A stretch of DNA of 62,172 nt, counting the filler, from Squatina squatina (Eukaryota), in assembly GCA_031763465.1 (NCBI GenBank). It is 4 parts of 4 records of this genome, joined end to end, with 100 filler letters (N's around TTAATTAATTAA, not from the genome) between each part and the next. Parts side by side here need not be neighbours in the genome. Positions count along the whole stretch, not along the records: positions 49,876 to 62,172 come from JARFOE010000057.1; 3 more parts are not named here. One strand, 5' to 3'. Under the pieces are notes generated by a model, which worked only from the letters and a program-made list of their open reading frames with translations, was not told the DNA's origin and made no database searches. Below are positions 51,040 through 62,172 of the stretch, one piece after another. How positions within the stretch are numbered: the stretch's first letter is position 1; each line of letters opens with the position of its first letter. The translations under genes and the position numbers were made by a program.

Positions 51040-51590
51040 CAGCAGCATAATGTAATAGGAAACATCAGGGGCTGAAGTCTAGTAGGTTTATAAGGACAGA
51101 AGGTTTATTGTGTGGGGTGTATAACATAGATAGTGTTATAACCAAGAACTTTATAATCAGGATGGGTGTGTATAGGATAATATTAGAACTGAGAGGTTGT
51201 AATGAAAGTGGGCTGCATAACAGAGGAATCATTATTAACTCAGAGCCATATAATGAAAGTGGAGTATAGTAGAATGAATGTTATAACTAAGAGTCTTGTA
51301 ATGATAGTAAGGTGTAGTAGAACTGAAAGCCTTGTAAGGAAAATGGAGTGTATCAGAAAAAAAACCAAAAATATTTTCATGAAAATCGGGTGTGTGGCAA
51401 AGAGAGTTACACCTGAGAACTTTATATTGAAGGTAAGGTATAACAGAAAGAGACCATTATTACTGAGACTTTTACAATGAGGGCAGTGTATATAAAAGGG
51501 TGTTTTAATGGAGAACATTATAATGAGGGTGAGGTGTATAAGCAAAAGAAAATGCCTGTTACAATGAATGAGGTGACTGTGTAACATAGA
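51040..51590. repeat. Highly degenerate 40-50 bp tandem array (about 11 units)
   Basis: Recurring ACTGAGA..TTRTAATGA..GTG.GGTGTATAACAGA-like motif with strong A/G strand bias. Confidence 0.65.
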
Positions 51591-52191
51591 TTTTCATTTC
51601 CTAAGCCTGGCCTAAGTTCAAGCTGAGGTCCCAGGGAGCAAATCCACTCAGCCCTTCAAATTATGAACCAGATAAATTTCTAATTTATGAAAGCACAAAG
51701 AGAAATTTATGCAGTACAAATAGTAAATTAAGCCCAACTTTGCTTTAAAGTCTGACTATATGACGTGTAATAATCAAGTATTGCAGAGTCTCAAAGTCCA
51801 GAGTATTGAAATCTTCCAAATCTGCTCATCCCTCTGACAAATGCGCAAAATAAAAACACTTAACCTTGATCCAGATTCATGAGTTTTGTCAATAAAAACC
51901 TGAGCAAGAATGAGATATACAATAAAATTGAGATGCAGATCTTGCATTAAATTTGTGTTATACTGATGATTTCCCAATACAGTCTCGAAAGGATGATTTT
52001 GAGTAGTTAGCGACAACAGCCTGTAATTGAGAAGGCACTGATCAGAAAGCTTTCGTATCCCAATGACCAATGTCTGGCAGAGAGTTTTCATNNNNNNNNN
52101 NNNNNNNNNNNNNNNNNNNNNNNNNNNNNNNNNNNNNNNNNNNNNNNNNNNNNNNNNNNNNNNNNNNNNNNNNNNNNNNNNNNNNNNNNNN

Positions 52192-52470
52192 AATGGTAGA
52201 TAAGGGTAATGTAGTAGATGAAATATATTTAGATTTCCAAAAGGCCTTCAATAAGGTAGCACATAGTAGACACATAACTAATATGTGGAGTCGTGACAAG
52301 TAGCAGAGTGGATAGCAAGCTGGCTACAAAACAGAAAACAGAGAGTAGGGGTTAAAGGTAGTTTCTCAGATTGTCAAAAGGTAGGAAGTGGTATTCCACA
52401 GGGATTGGTGCTGGGACCACTGTTGTTCACCATATACTTAAACAATTTGGACTCGGGAATTGAAAGTACT
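52192..52470 (+). mobile_element. CR1 RT fragment
   Basis: VDKGNVVDEIYLDFQKAFNKVAH; WLQNRKQRVGV; SGIPQGLVLGPLLFTIYLNNLD. Confidence 0.92.
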
Positions 52471-55084
52471 ATAGATATATGTGTGTGTGCACAGTAATAA
52501 CCACTTTATGAAATGAAGTCTAGTGTTCTGAAGTAGGTCCGCCTCTTGTTTGTGTTTTGTGTTTGAGATGGTATTTGAGGTTCAATCTCAAATGGGACAT
52601 ACATTTCATTCAAATCACCTTACTGAACCATTGCATCCTTGAGCAGATCTCTTCTGATATTTGCTGAACGAGTATTGTGATCTGCACATTCCAAGTTGGT
52701 GGTTTTGGTGTAACTTTATCCTGTGCAATTCTCTCATTTCATCTTTCTTCTACCCCTGTTCTGCCTCCATTGTAAGGAGATTAAGCAGGTGTAGCTGTGC
52801 CATATCTGTGTTAAACCCCAAATTCCAGTGCTCTATGCTGAACCTACACCACTTTTCCTTCAAATGAAGTCATAGAATTTTGGATCGTTCTTGGGGCAGA
52901 ATAGAAGGAGAGTTATTCTGCATCTAACCATGCAATACATAACCTAGGATTGTTTGTTTGATGTTGATACTGGGTGTCTGAAATGGAAATATTCCACTTC
53001 TCAGCACTAATATCCTGTACCCTGATGGGCACAAAATTCACAAAAAATTAATTAAAAGAAACTTTCTGAAAGCAATAATGCGCCTCACACAATAAATTAC
53101 TTTTTGAAGTGCAACAGTTGTTACGTAGCCAACAATTCTGAGTCAATTTCATAAATTCAAAGTCAACCAACCTGAACAGTCGATGCATGCTGAATACTAA
53201 AGTTGTAGGCAGACCAGTGAGCTGAAATAAATTCAAACACAATCCTGAAAAATTCTCCAGTGAAATAAGTACAAGGGCCAAAATGAATCTGATCCCAAGC
53301 ATGAGAAAAGGAATGCTCTCAAGTTTCTGTGAGTACTATCTAGCTCGTCCTCATTTACAATTCCATTACTCGATTCAGATGCACGAGGTAACTTCAACAG
53401 CTGTCAATCAGGTTTTAAGTGGAAAACTAACANNNNNNNNNNGCTATAGGGTGAAGAATGTTTCTATTCGATGTATCCGATGTAGAAAGTCAAAGTAGGA
53501 AGACATCCAAACAGGGATGTTGGTGGATAAAATGCAAGTGTGCATGTTAATGAGCACTCCACTGAGGAGCTGGTCTTGCTGCATTCTGTTTACAGCAGCT
53601 TTTTGTGGTGAGGTTTGTTACTAGTTCTATTTGGGAGGCTTCTTTTCTTTTTAAATATATTTTATGATTAGCAAATTTTAATTGGACAAGCAAGCAAACA
53701 GTGTACTCTCTGGGCCGTCAAATCAACATGAACATCTTGTAAGTAATTTGTTGAACATTGTCAGTAATAAGCTACACGAAGCAGCCAGGACATAAATGGG
53801 TTCTGCTCTTTGTTTTTCTCTTCACTGAGAAACTATGAATCATTCATGTGGTCCAGAAAGAAAGCAAGCTTCAAAGTGGATGGTGCTGATTGGATGTCCT
53901 GCGTGATTTGCTGGGGTAGGCCTACTATCCACCAGGGACCGTCCTCTGCAGTAAATAGGGCCTCCAAAGCAGCCAGGGGCACAGTTCACCATCATATAAT
54001 GATGCAAAGGGTCCTCTGAATCAGCGTGAGTGGCATGCGTTGGTGCGCCTTCCCATCCCAAGTGATTTCAAGAAGTCTGGCATGTTGATGTGATACAGTT
54101 GTTAATGGAAAAACAAAACTGAAGGAACTCTTTGATTCTGAATATTAAAGCAGTTTATTAGCAGGACGAAGAAGACAAATTTAAGTAAACTGCCTTACTT
54201 TGTATTCAGAAAANNNNNNNNNNNNNNNNNNTTTTAGAGTAGCTCAGAGCTTTTTATTAAGGGTTCAATGATATTCAAATAATGCTGACAATGAACTATT
54301 ATTTAATTAAATTATCCTAATTGTATTTAAAAGGAACACAATAATTTTGATTAGTACAGTTTAAAGTGTGTATAAGGGTGAGTGCTTGCTTGTTAATGCA
54401 AGAGATATTTCAGTAACCTGTCAGGTAACAGAAGCAATAACTCTCAGCCTATAATGTAGAGTTAGCATTATCTGGTACTTTCATTTAGAGGAGGAACTAA
54501 AGTGAGATGTATTGTAGTGTTCTTGACTCATGTTGGAATGGATACAAGTCAGAAGCATCTTATTGAATTCAGCAGTGTTTACAATGTGTGTTGTAAAAGC
54601 ATGTTTACTTGTGTCTGGCAATGTAGGACTTCTTTTAGATTCAGGAAGGGCCTGGCAGTGCTTAAAGCCTGTCTGGTTCCCAAATGATTGTACAAGAGAG
54701 TATTATTGTTAATAAAAGTATATCTTTCAGAAAAAAATCCTCAAGAAACACGATTATATAACATATATGTAGCTCAACGCCAAACGACTATCATTTATGT
54801 CAATAAAGCAGGGAGATAAGGAAAAAAGAGTATCTTGAAACAGAAATGAAATATTTTTGGGTAGGATGTGAGGAGGGTTTATTTATATGCTAACATGTGA
54901 TGGTAACACATCTGGGGTTATGGGGGAATATTGTTTTTAATGTTCTTCAGTCTTTTTCATCTACCAATTGCCTAAATCCAGCAGGAATTTCAGGTCTTCA
55001 CCACTTAGTGCTGTTGCTGTTTTCTGTTCTACCTTCATGATATTCTCCTGCTTTATGGCCCCACTCCTGTAACACCAGACTTTT

Positions 55085-55322
55085 CCTCATTCCCTCTGTT
55101 CTATCATTCGTGGTCCATGCTTTCTGGAACCTACTGCCCTGTTTCCTCTGCTACCTTCCTCCTTACTTTCAAAAACCTCTTTAAAACCATCCTCTTCAAC
55201 CTTACTTGTGGTTCCCATCCTACCCTCTCCCTTGTTCCCCACTGCAACACTTTCCTTCATATTGTAAACTGCTGTGACATCTTCCTGCATGTAGGAGTGC
55301 CATATAAATAAATGTTGTTTTG
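55085..55322 (+). mobile_element. Old L2 3' end
   Basis: WN.LP...FKNLFKTILF motif, then the tail GTAAACTGCTGTGACATC...GTGCCATATAAATAAATGTTGTT. Confidence 0.6.
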
Positions 55323-58089
55323 CTGACCCTTAATTGGGTTTGAGCTCCTGAATCCTTTTCTGTTGTTTCTCATTTATCCCATCCAATGATCACATGGCAG
55401 CTTGCTGTTCATCCTGTTGTTCTCCATTCCGAGGGTGTAATCTAGCAAAATATAATTTAAATTGGTGCAAAACAAAATTAAAATGTATATTTGGAAAAAC
55501 ATCCTACCTCAAAGAATGATAAATGCAAGACATAATACGAACAAAATCATGGAGATATATTGGGGTTGATTTTTCTCTCTTTTCCTCCCCCCACTCCCAT
55601 GCTAGCTGCTTGACAGTTACAACATGTTTGAATTGAGCTTTGCCTGTCAAGCCTTCTCAGCACCCTGTTTTGATGTCCCCGGATATTAACATAACCTGAG
55701 TGCACTCTAGGGCCTTATGCCAGGAGCAAGAGGTGGAAACAGTAACATAGCTGCAGACTTGACATGTCTGTAGCTGCACTCCTGGCCACCTGCCTTGGGA
55801 CATTTTGCTGCAGAGCAGCAACCAGAAGATCCCTCAAGACCAGAAGATCGTTGGGGAAGGAAAAAAACTTACCTACTGTGGTGTTCCTCTTTGGCATGCT
55901 CCAGGCCCCTTTCAAGTCCCTTGATCTGAGGATGGTGCCAAATTCCAGGTATTTGAGGTGCTACAGTCTTTATATAATTTGTTCTCATGATATGGGTAAC
56001 ACTGGCAAAGCTGCATTTTTATTGCTCATCCCAAGTTGCCCTGAGAAGATGGTGATGGGCCACTTTCTTGATACAAGTGAGNNNNNNNNNNNNNNNNNNN
56101 NNNNNNNNNNNNNNNNNNNNNNNNNNNNNNNNNNNNNNNNNNNNNNNNNNNNNNNNNNNNNNNNNNNNNNNNNNNNNNNNNTATAGAGATATATTTTGTA
56201 ACAAATTGAATAAATAAGGCTTTTGGGAGCTTAAAGCAGCCCCAATTCTCAACAGATGTAACCATAGCTTGTGCATTCTGCACGACAATTTCAAATATAT
56301 TCTCTGTTGTATCGCACTGCACATTTTAATGCCAGTTTTTATAAGTGAATAGAATATGTCAGTTTTAGGTCAGAAACGATACAGCTGAAAAATCAGAGTT
56401 GCAGCAGGAGTAATTTGAAAGTAACCTTAAATAAAGGCTAATCAATTTCCTTGTACAGCGAATCAGGATAAACGAGCTTCATGCTAAAAATTTAGGTAAT
56501 TTCTGATGGACGTTAAATTCCTGAATTGCAGTTGCAAAACGTAATCATTATAAATGAGACTCAGTTATTTTTAACAAATTGCAAAGACGAAGATTTTGTA
56601 ACTTTCTTGAAATAAGCAACTGTAATTCAAAAAACTCAGGTCACTGTGCTCAGTGTTGGATGTCATTATTTCACCTGCCTGAGCACCTCAACCGTGGAAT
56701 ACAGCTTGGGCCTGCCTCTGTTCTGTTGGCCACGCTTCAGTGCGTCAGCTGCCTTTCGAAGTCACAAGCATCATGTTAATGGAAAGACGGTTTCACACAT
56801 GAGACCACTTTGAGTTGAATTAAAAAAAGCCAACGGAGCCTGTAGTCACAGGAGATTCTGACAACTGTTTCCTCTATTTGCACGTCAGCATCGTTTTGTC
56901 TGAGAATGATTCGCATCAGTTTGCCTGCAGACTTTACACGGATACATACAGATCTGCCATTTGTCAATCATTTCCTAAATGGATCTTGGAAGCAAAACCA
57001 GAAAAGTGCCGCAGTTGCTCTTTTTTGATACCATATGATTTTATTGCTCTTTCCCTCTTATTCACCAAACAGCGCCCCCCGATTTGACTAAACAGGACAG
57101 CTACTGTCATTAAAAATATATAACAATTCTCTTTTACTATAACTCCCTCTCAAGAGGGTATAAAACCNNNNNNNNNNNNNNNNNTTAATTTAGTCATAAA
57201 TGAAATTTGGTAAAACGCCCGTCCACATCCAGAGCTTGGCCAAGCAGCAGATTACGTCTGAAATATTAATCAGTGTGGTTCCACATTTCACCATTAAGTC
57301 GGTCCAAGAAAAGATGCTTCATTTTAATTTTTTATAAACAGCACAGGCCCAGCCGCATTTGTGCACGCTCCTCTGGTCATGTTACAGACTTGACTGCACT
57401 TGTGGGGGGGTGGAGGGGGGATTCAGGACCTAAAAGTAAATGAAAACGTGAGCAGAAGTCAGCCCGTCCTGCTCCTGGATCACGCAGATACAGACTGGTG
57501 GAAATACTGACTCCAAACTAGGAGTTTTTGCAGCTCCCCTGCAAACTCGATTTGTTCAGGTCTTGTGGAGATTTGCTCAGACATTCCTCGAGAGGGAGGG
57601 AGCTCAATTCAGGCAGGGGTCAGCACATCCCAGGACAGGAGCAGCTGTGGGTCATCAGCACTGACCCTTCCTGGGCCAACTCAGTAACTCTACTGCATAT
57701 TGCAATAATTCGAGGCAGGACCTGTGACATTGATGCTGCGGGGTTTTCAAGAGACACCTTGGATTGCAAATCAGCATAGGTTTAGAATATAATGAGAACT
57801 TTCCTATCTTATGGGATAATTGCAGATAAATAGAAATTGTTAAAACATGCTAAACTATGCACGCATTAAGAAGAGGAAAATGATCGTAACGATTGTTTTT
57901 GCTGTTTCGTTAATATTGGCAATTTAAAAACGAAATATTAAATATAAAACTGAAGTATATAAATGCCTAATTCACGTATTGTTATGTTTTCTAGGAATCA
58001 CAGAGTTGCTCTGTAACAATAAATATGACTGCAGGTGATGTGAGGCAGGGAACAGAGCAGAGAATCTCATCAGTCTAACACACCTGTAG

Positions 58090-58413
58090 TACCGGGCATG
58101 GACCGGACGGTGAAGCCCGACTGCAGGGAAGCTGTTAAATGATGGCGCTTTAGCGCCACCTCCTGACGGTAGCGAAAATTACAGCTTCTCTCGCGGTTCG
58201 GCAACTCCCATCTCCATTGCCTGTGGGATCGGTGCTTGCGACTCCCAGTGGTCACAGAAGAATTGTTGCAGTTAAATAGCGCCTTATCGGGTCTATAAAT
58301 ACTGCATCTCGTTGCTTTAAAGACGATAAGGTTTAAGTTCCTTAGATAGGGCATCATTAAAATATTCAAGCGATAATGAGTGAAAGCCCTTTTGTAGCGG
58401 AATTTTTTCCCCC
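58090..58413. mobile_element. CpG-rich DNA transposon remnant
   Basis: GC/CpG-rich block ending GCGGAATTTTTTCCCCC, similar to the 45040-45055 terminus. Confidence 0.4.
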
Positions 58414-60754
58414 AAATCTCACTCCTTTCCTTAAAAATCTTAGTAGTTTTATGTAATTTTTACAAAATATGATTCTTTGCATCCTACCCTGTGTTGCTGC
58501 CTCCTGCTCTCTACAGACCCTGTTGCTCCTGTCCCCTTCACGGCATAAACATTATGACTCCTATATGCAGATCCCCATCTACCCTCATCTCTTTGTACAA
58601 ACCCTTACTCTGTACAGACCTTGTGCCTTCGTTTTGCTTAGGTTAACAGCAGAAGCAATATTCCCCCCCAAAAATTAGAACAGTTACTACCAAAACAAAC
58701 CATGGCGGCAGACCCAGTTATCCTGCAAAAAACGTAATTTCATCTTGTAAACGCTACGGAATAAAAGATGAAATTACTTAAAAAATATATGAAACTGCTT
58801 GTTTTATGGTATCTGCTGACTTCCCTAAGCCTTGCTGGTTGCTATTCACTTGCGCTCAATGTACACAGGAGATACTGGAATCTTTGTCTTTTGGATGCAA
58901 TGCAACAAATTCCTGCATGGACCAGGCGGTGTCAATTTGCACAGTACCATTGATTAGACACGATAAATGCACCACATGATTGGAGTAATACTGTACCAAC
59001 CAAACATACTTTTAGACAGTTCTTTTTCAACTACAAAACGTCAATACTATTTTAATACATTCGATGGCTTGCGATTGAGTCCGGGCTGCTCTCTGTAGGC
59101 ACCTTAATGTGTCTCCATGTGTCCAGTGGAGAGCAATTTATTTTTAGGGCCTCTTGGGGAGGGTGAGGGCAGTATGGTTGTTCTGTGGGCACATGTGCTC
59201 CAAATGGAGTCAGCTGGAATTGGGTGCCAGGCTCCACCAGAAACTGGGGGCTTAAAAATTCAAAGTCGCCATAATAAATGCATAATTGGTATTTCTGGTT
59301 CTTGTTAGTTTAAAAACAATACAGCACATTGAATGTAAGATTGTTAACAACGAGAGACCCCAAAAGTATGAAAAATGTTGGGAGGAAAAGCAAGGATTCA
59401 TTGGTTCGGTCAGGCGAGATGTGTAACAATTAGTACACATGAGTCAGGACATACTCTCAATGGCACAATAGGCCTAAACAAGTTGAAAGCCAGGATAAAA
59501 TGTGGGTGTGGGGTACCTGCATGCAGCAAGACCTGGACAACATTCAGGTTAAGGCTGATAAGTGGCAAGTAACATTCACGCCACACAAGTGCCAGGCAAT
59601 GATCCCACTAAGTTGTGTGGCCATGCAGCTGTGCAGCAGTCTNNNNNNNNNNNNNNNNNNNNNNNNNNNNNNNNNNNNNNNNNNNNNNNNNNNNNNNNNN
59701 NNNNNNNNNNNNNNNNNNNNNNNNNNNNNNNNNNNNNNNNNNTAACCCAATATTTCTTTCCCTCTCTTTCTGGGCCTGATTTGACGTTGAAATTACCCAC
59801 TCTAATTCACCCTCTTTCTCAGTCCTTCCTGTGTTTAATTCTCAATTCTTAAATCTCTTTCGCCAAGGTCGCAGATACACTGTTGCCTTTGCTGCTCCGA
59901 TACCAGCTCGCACTTCCAGCAACTTTGTGGGTACAACATTTTTGAGCTGAAGGGTGCAGGAATACATCTAACTAACAGAGCAAAGCTGATATGCCCTGTG
60001 CTAGCAACTTCTGGGCCAATGTGTGTTATATTTGTAAAGAAACAAAAATAGGTCCACCAAACAACTTTTAGCGAAAATATTGCGTTTACTCAGGATGAGT
60101 GTGAATCTCCTAGGCAGAGATCTTTTGAGTAAGTAGAATCCTTAAAGGCAACAAGGCTTTGCTAATTAGAGCATATTATTACACTCTGGGATTATTTATT
60201 TCAACTTTTTTTTTACAGTTCTTCTAATATTAGTCATCCCTATCCTGGAGAAAAACACAGAAAATGACAACACTATTCCAGTAAAACCAGCAGCAGTCTG
60301 GCAGGTTGTTTATCTTATTCCTGTTATCCATATACTTGTCAAAAACCATTAGCAATAAAAAGGCAGTGATTCATTTCAGTGCCTGCTTTCTGGGGTAGTG
60401 CAGGACTTGAAGAGGAAATGCAGATGCTTTCACGGTTCAGAGAGTGTGAAATTAAAAGGACCCACATCAATTCCTCCTGCAATGTGGCTGAGAATTACAG
60501 AAGGCCACAGCTCTGGCTACTCATTTCCCAGGCTGGCTTTACATTGCAACACATCTGTTTGCTGTAATGTAACATTTAATTTCCACTTGGGAATTTGTGT
60601 GGGCTCAGTTTGTTCCTGCAGCTGATATTGAAGCGTATCTTGCAACTAGGACATGATGTATTGAATTTATCAATGGGGAATTTGATGTTTGTTGGCTTTT
60701 GAATAGGTTTATGGAAGATATCACAGGTACTATGCCAAGAACCTATTCCTTCAT

Positions 60755-61150
60755 TTGTGTATTGGATTGTGCTGTGGGTGGCATGATACTTGACTACTTC
60801 CCTGCCACTGACCTGAGATTCAATACTAGATTGTGCTATGTGACACGCCACTCCATTTCTCTGACTCACCCTTCAGCACTGAATATGCTGTGCTTGAAAT
60901 GACACTCAGTAACTTCACTCCCGCCAGCACATGTCAAAGTTTGATCTGCCTTCAGTACTGTAATATGCTGTGTGATGCTTGGTTTATTAAATCCCAGTCC
61001 TGTGCTGCAATAGTCTATCACACTTTGTGTAACATAACAATTAGCTCCATTCCTCCAGCCCACTCTCCACTACAAGATCATAAAATGCATGACATGACAT
61101 ACAGCTTCTTTTCTCCCTCCGCCCACCTTTCAATACTAGATTGTGCTGAA
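60755..61150. repeat. Degenerate interspersed direct repeats
   Basis: TTCAATACTAGATTGTGCT exact at 60819-60837 and 61129-61147, with related copies near 60760, 60872 and 60950. Confidence 0.55.
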
Positions 61151-62172
61151 CATGAAGTCGACTCTTTCATTCTTTCCAATTTCTGTTTCCGTGTAGGTTC
61201 CGAGTACATTTTACTTGAAATTTGACCTGGCACTCACTCTGACTCNNNNNNNNNNNNNNNNNNNNNNNNNNNNNNNNNNNNNNNNNNNNNNNNNNNNNNN
61301 NNNNNNNNNNNNNNNNNNNNNNNNNNNNNNNNNNNNNNNNNNNNNCGAGCCTGCACAGCCATTCAACTAGGTCATGGCTGATCGAAGGTGCGCAGTAATC
61401 GGGAGATGCCGCACAGGCCGCTCACTAGCTACTACCGCTGGAAGATACCGCACAGCAAATTTAAAGGGATCGTGCATTTAATTCGCAACTAAGGGAACAC
61501 TGCTAGCCAAGTGGCGAATTGGGAATCCAGATGTTGCTAATTGCATTTCTAATAAGTAAATAGGAAATGAGTAATAGACACCATCATTAGGCATATGATC
61601 TCAATACTCATATTCACACAGCGTATGCATATGTACTTTTAGCTTTTTGTGCTAAATTATGTTGGTAAAATGGTAAGACAAAAAACAGGGAGTTTTTTTG
61701 GTCGCTGTCTCTGATTTACTTCCTTGGTGACTGAATAGTGGTAGATGTTTGTTAAGTAAATATGCACGTGTGAAGTACATTTACCTGAATTGTGTGAATG
61801 TATGTAAGGTGTTTTCTACTAAAATTAGTGTATGTGGTTAAAATGATGTGCTGTAGTCACATCTGTGGCAAATCAGCAATTTCTAATAGACAATACTGTT
61901 CTCAGCTGACTTTCATATGACTCCCAGCCCTCCGTTCCTTTTATTTCCAAGCATTCTCCGCTAATAACAGTTGGTGAAGAAAATGTGTTCTTGTGCTTTC
62001 AGCCTCCACAGGGTTAAATGCAGCTTTATTCAATTTTGTTCTCCGCAGAATGATTACACAACTCTTTGATCTTTGTGATTATCATCCGATTACTATTTCA
62101 TGAAGTCAGTCAGCCATGTGTTTCAGCTCCTCCCATCCATGACCATGTTGCTTTAACCATTAGGAATTACAC

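Noticed and set aside
61485-61502. hAT-like terminus (CAGTGTTCCCT on the minus strand)
   Set aside because: Only one end is visible next to a gap, with no partner terminus or 8-bp target duplication to confirm it.

Overview
Eukaryotic, repeat-rich, gappy draft sequence, most likely a cartilaginous fish (shark-type DeuSINE, CR1, L2, Harbinger and Penelope repeats, plus a TRPN1 exon). It is not one locus. Three artificial 100-bp spacers (44 N + TTAATTAATTAA + 44 N at 18755-18854, 36767-36866, 49776-49875) join four unrelated blocks, and many 100-N gaps split each block, so internal distances are unreliable. Block 1 holds the SIPA1L2 last exon (+), the large DISC1 exon 2 (-) and the TSNAX last exon (-), in the human 1q42 order. 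Block 2 holds exons of RNF130 (-), HDAC3 (-), CYFIP2 (+) and HMMR (+), all human 5q genes. Block 3 holds an NBEA PH-domain exon (-) and a TRPN1/NompC ankyrin exon (-). Block 4 has no exon I can recognise. Gene calls come from manual translation, splice signals and remembered vertebrate orthologue sequences; no search was run. No prokaryote-type system such as CRISPR is present, and I cannot claim a new system with confidence. The best leads are: (i) short Penelope-derived elements with minimal hammerhead ribozyme motifs that sit inside SINE copies three times, twice at the same SINE position, each with a target duplication; (ii) a 33-bp minisatellite derived from an internal SINE segment; (iii) a probable GC-AG donor on DISC1 exon 2.
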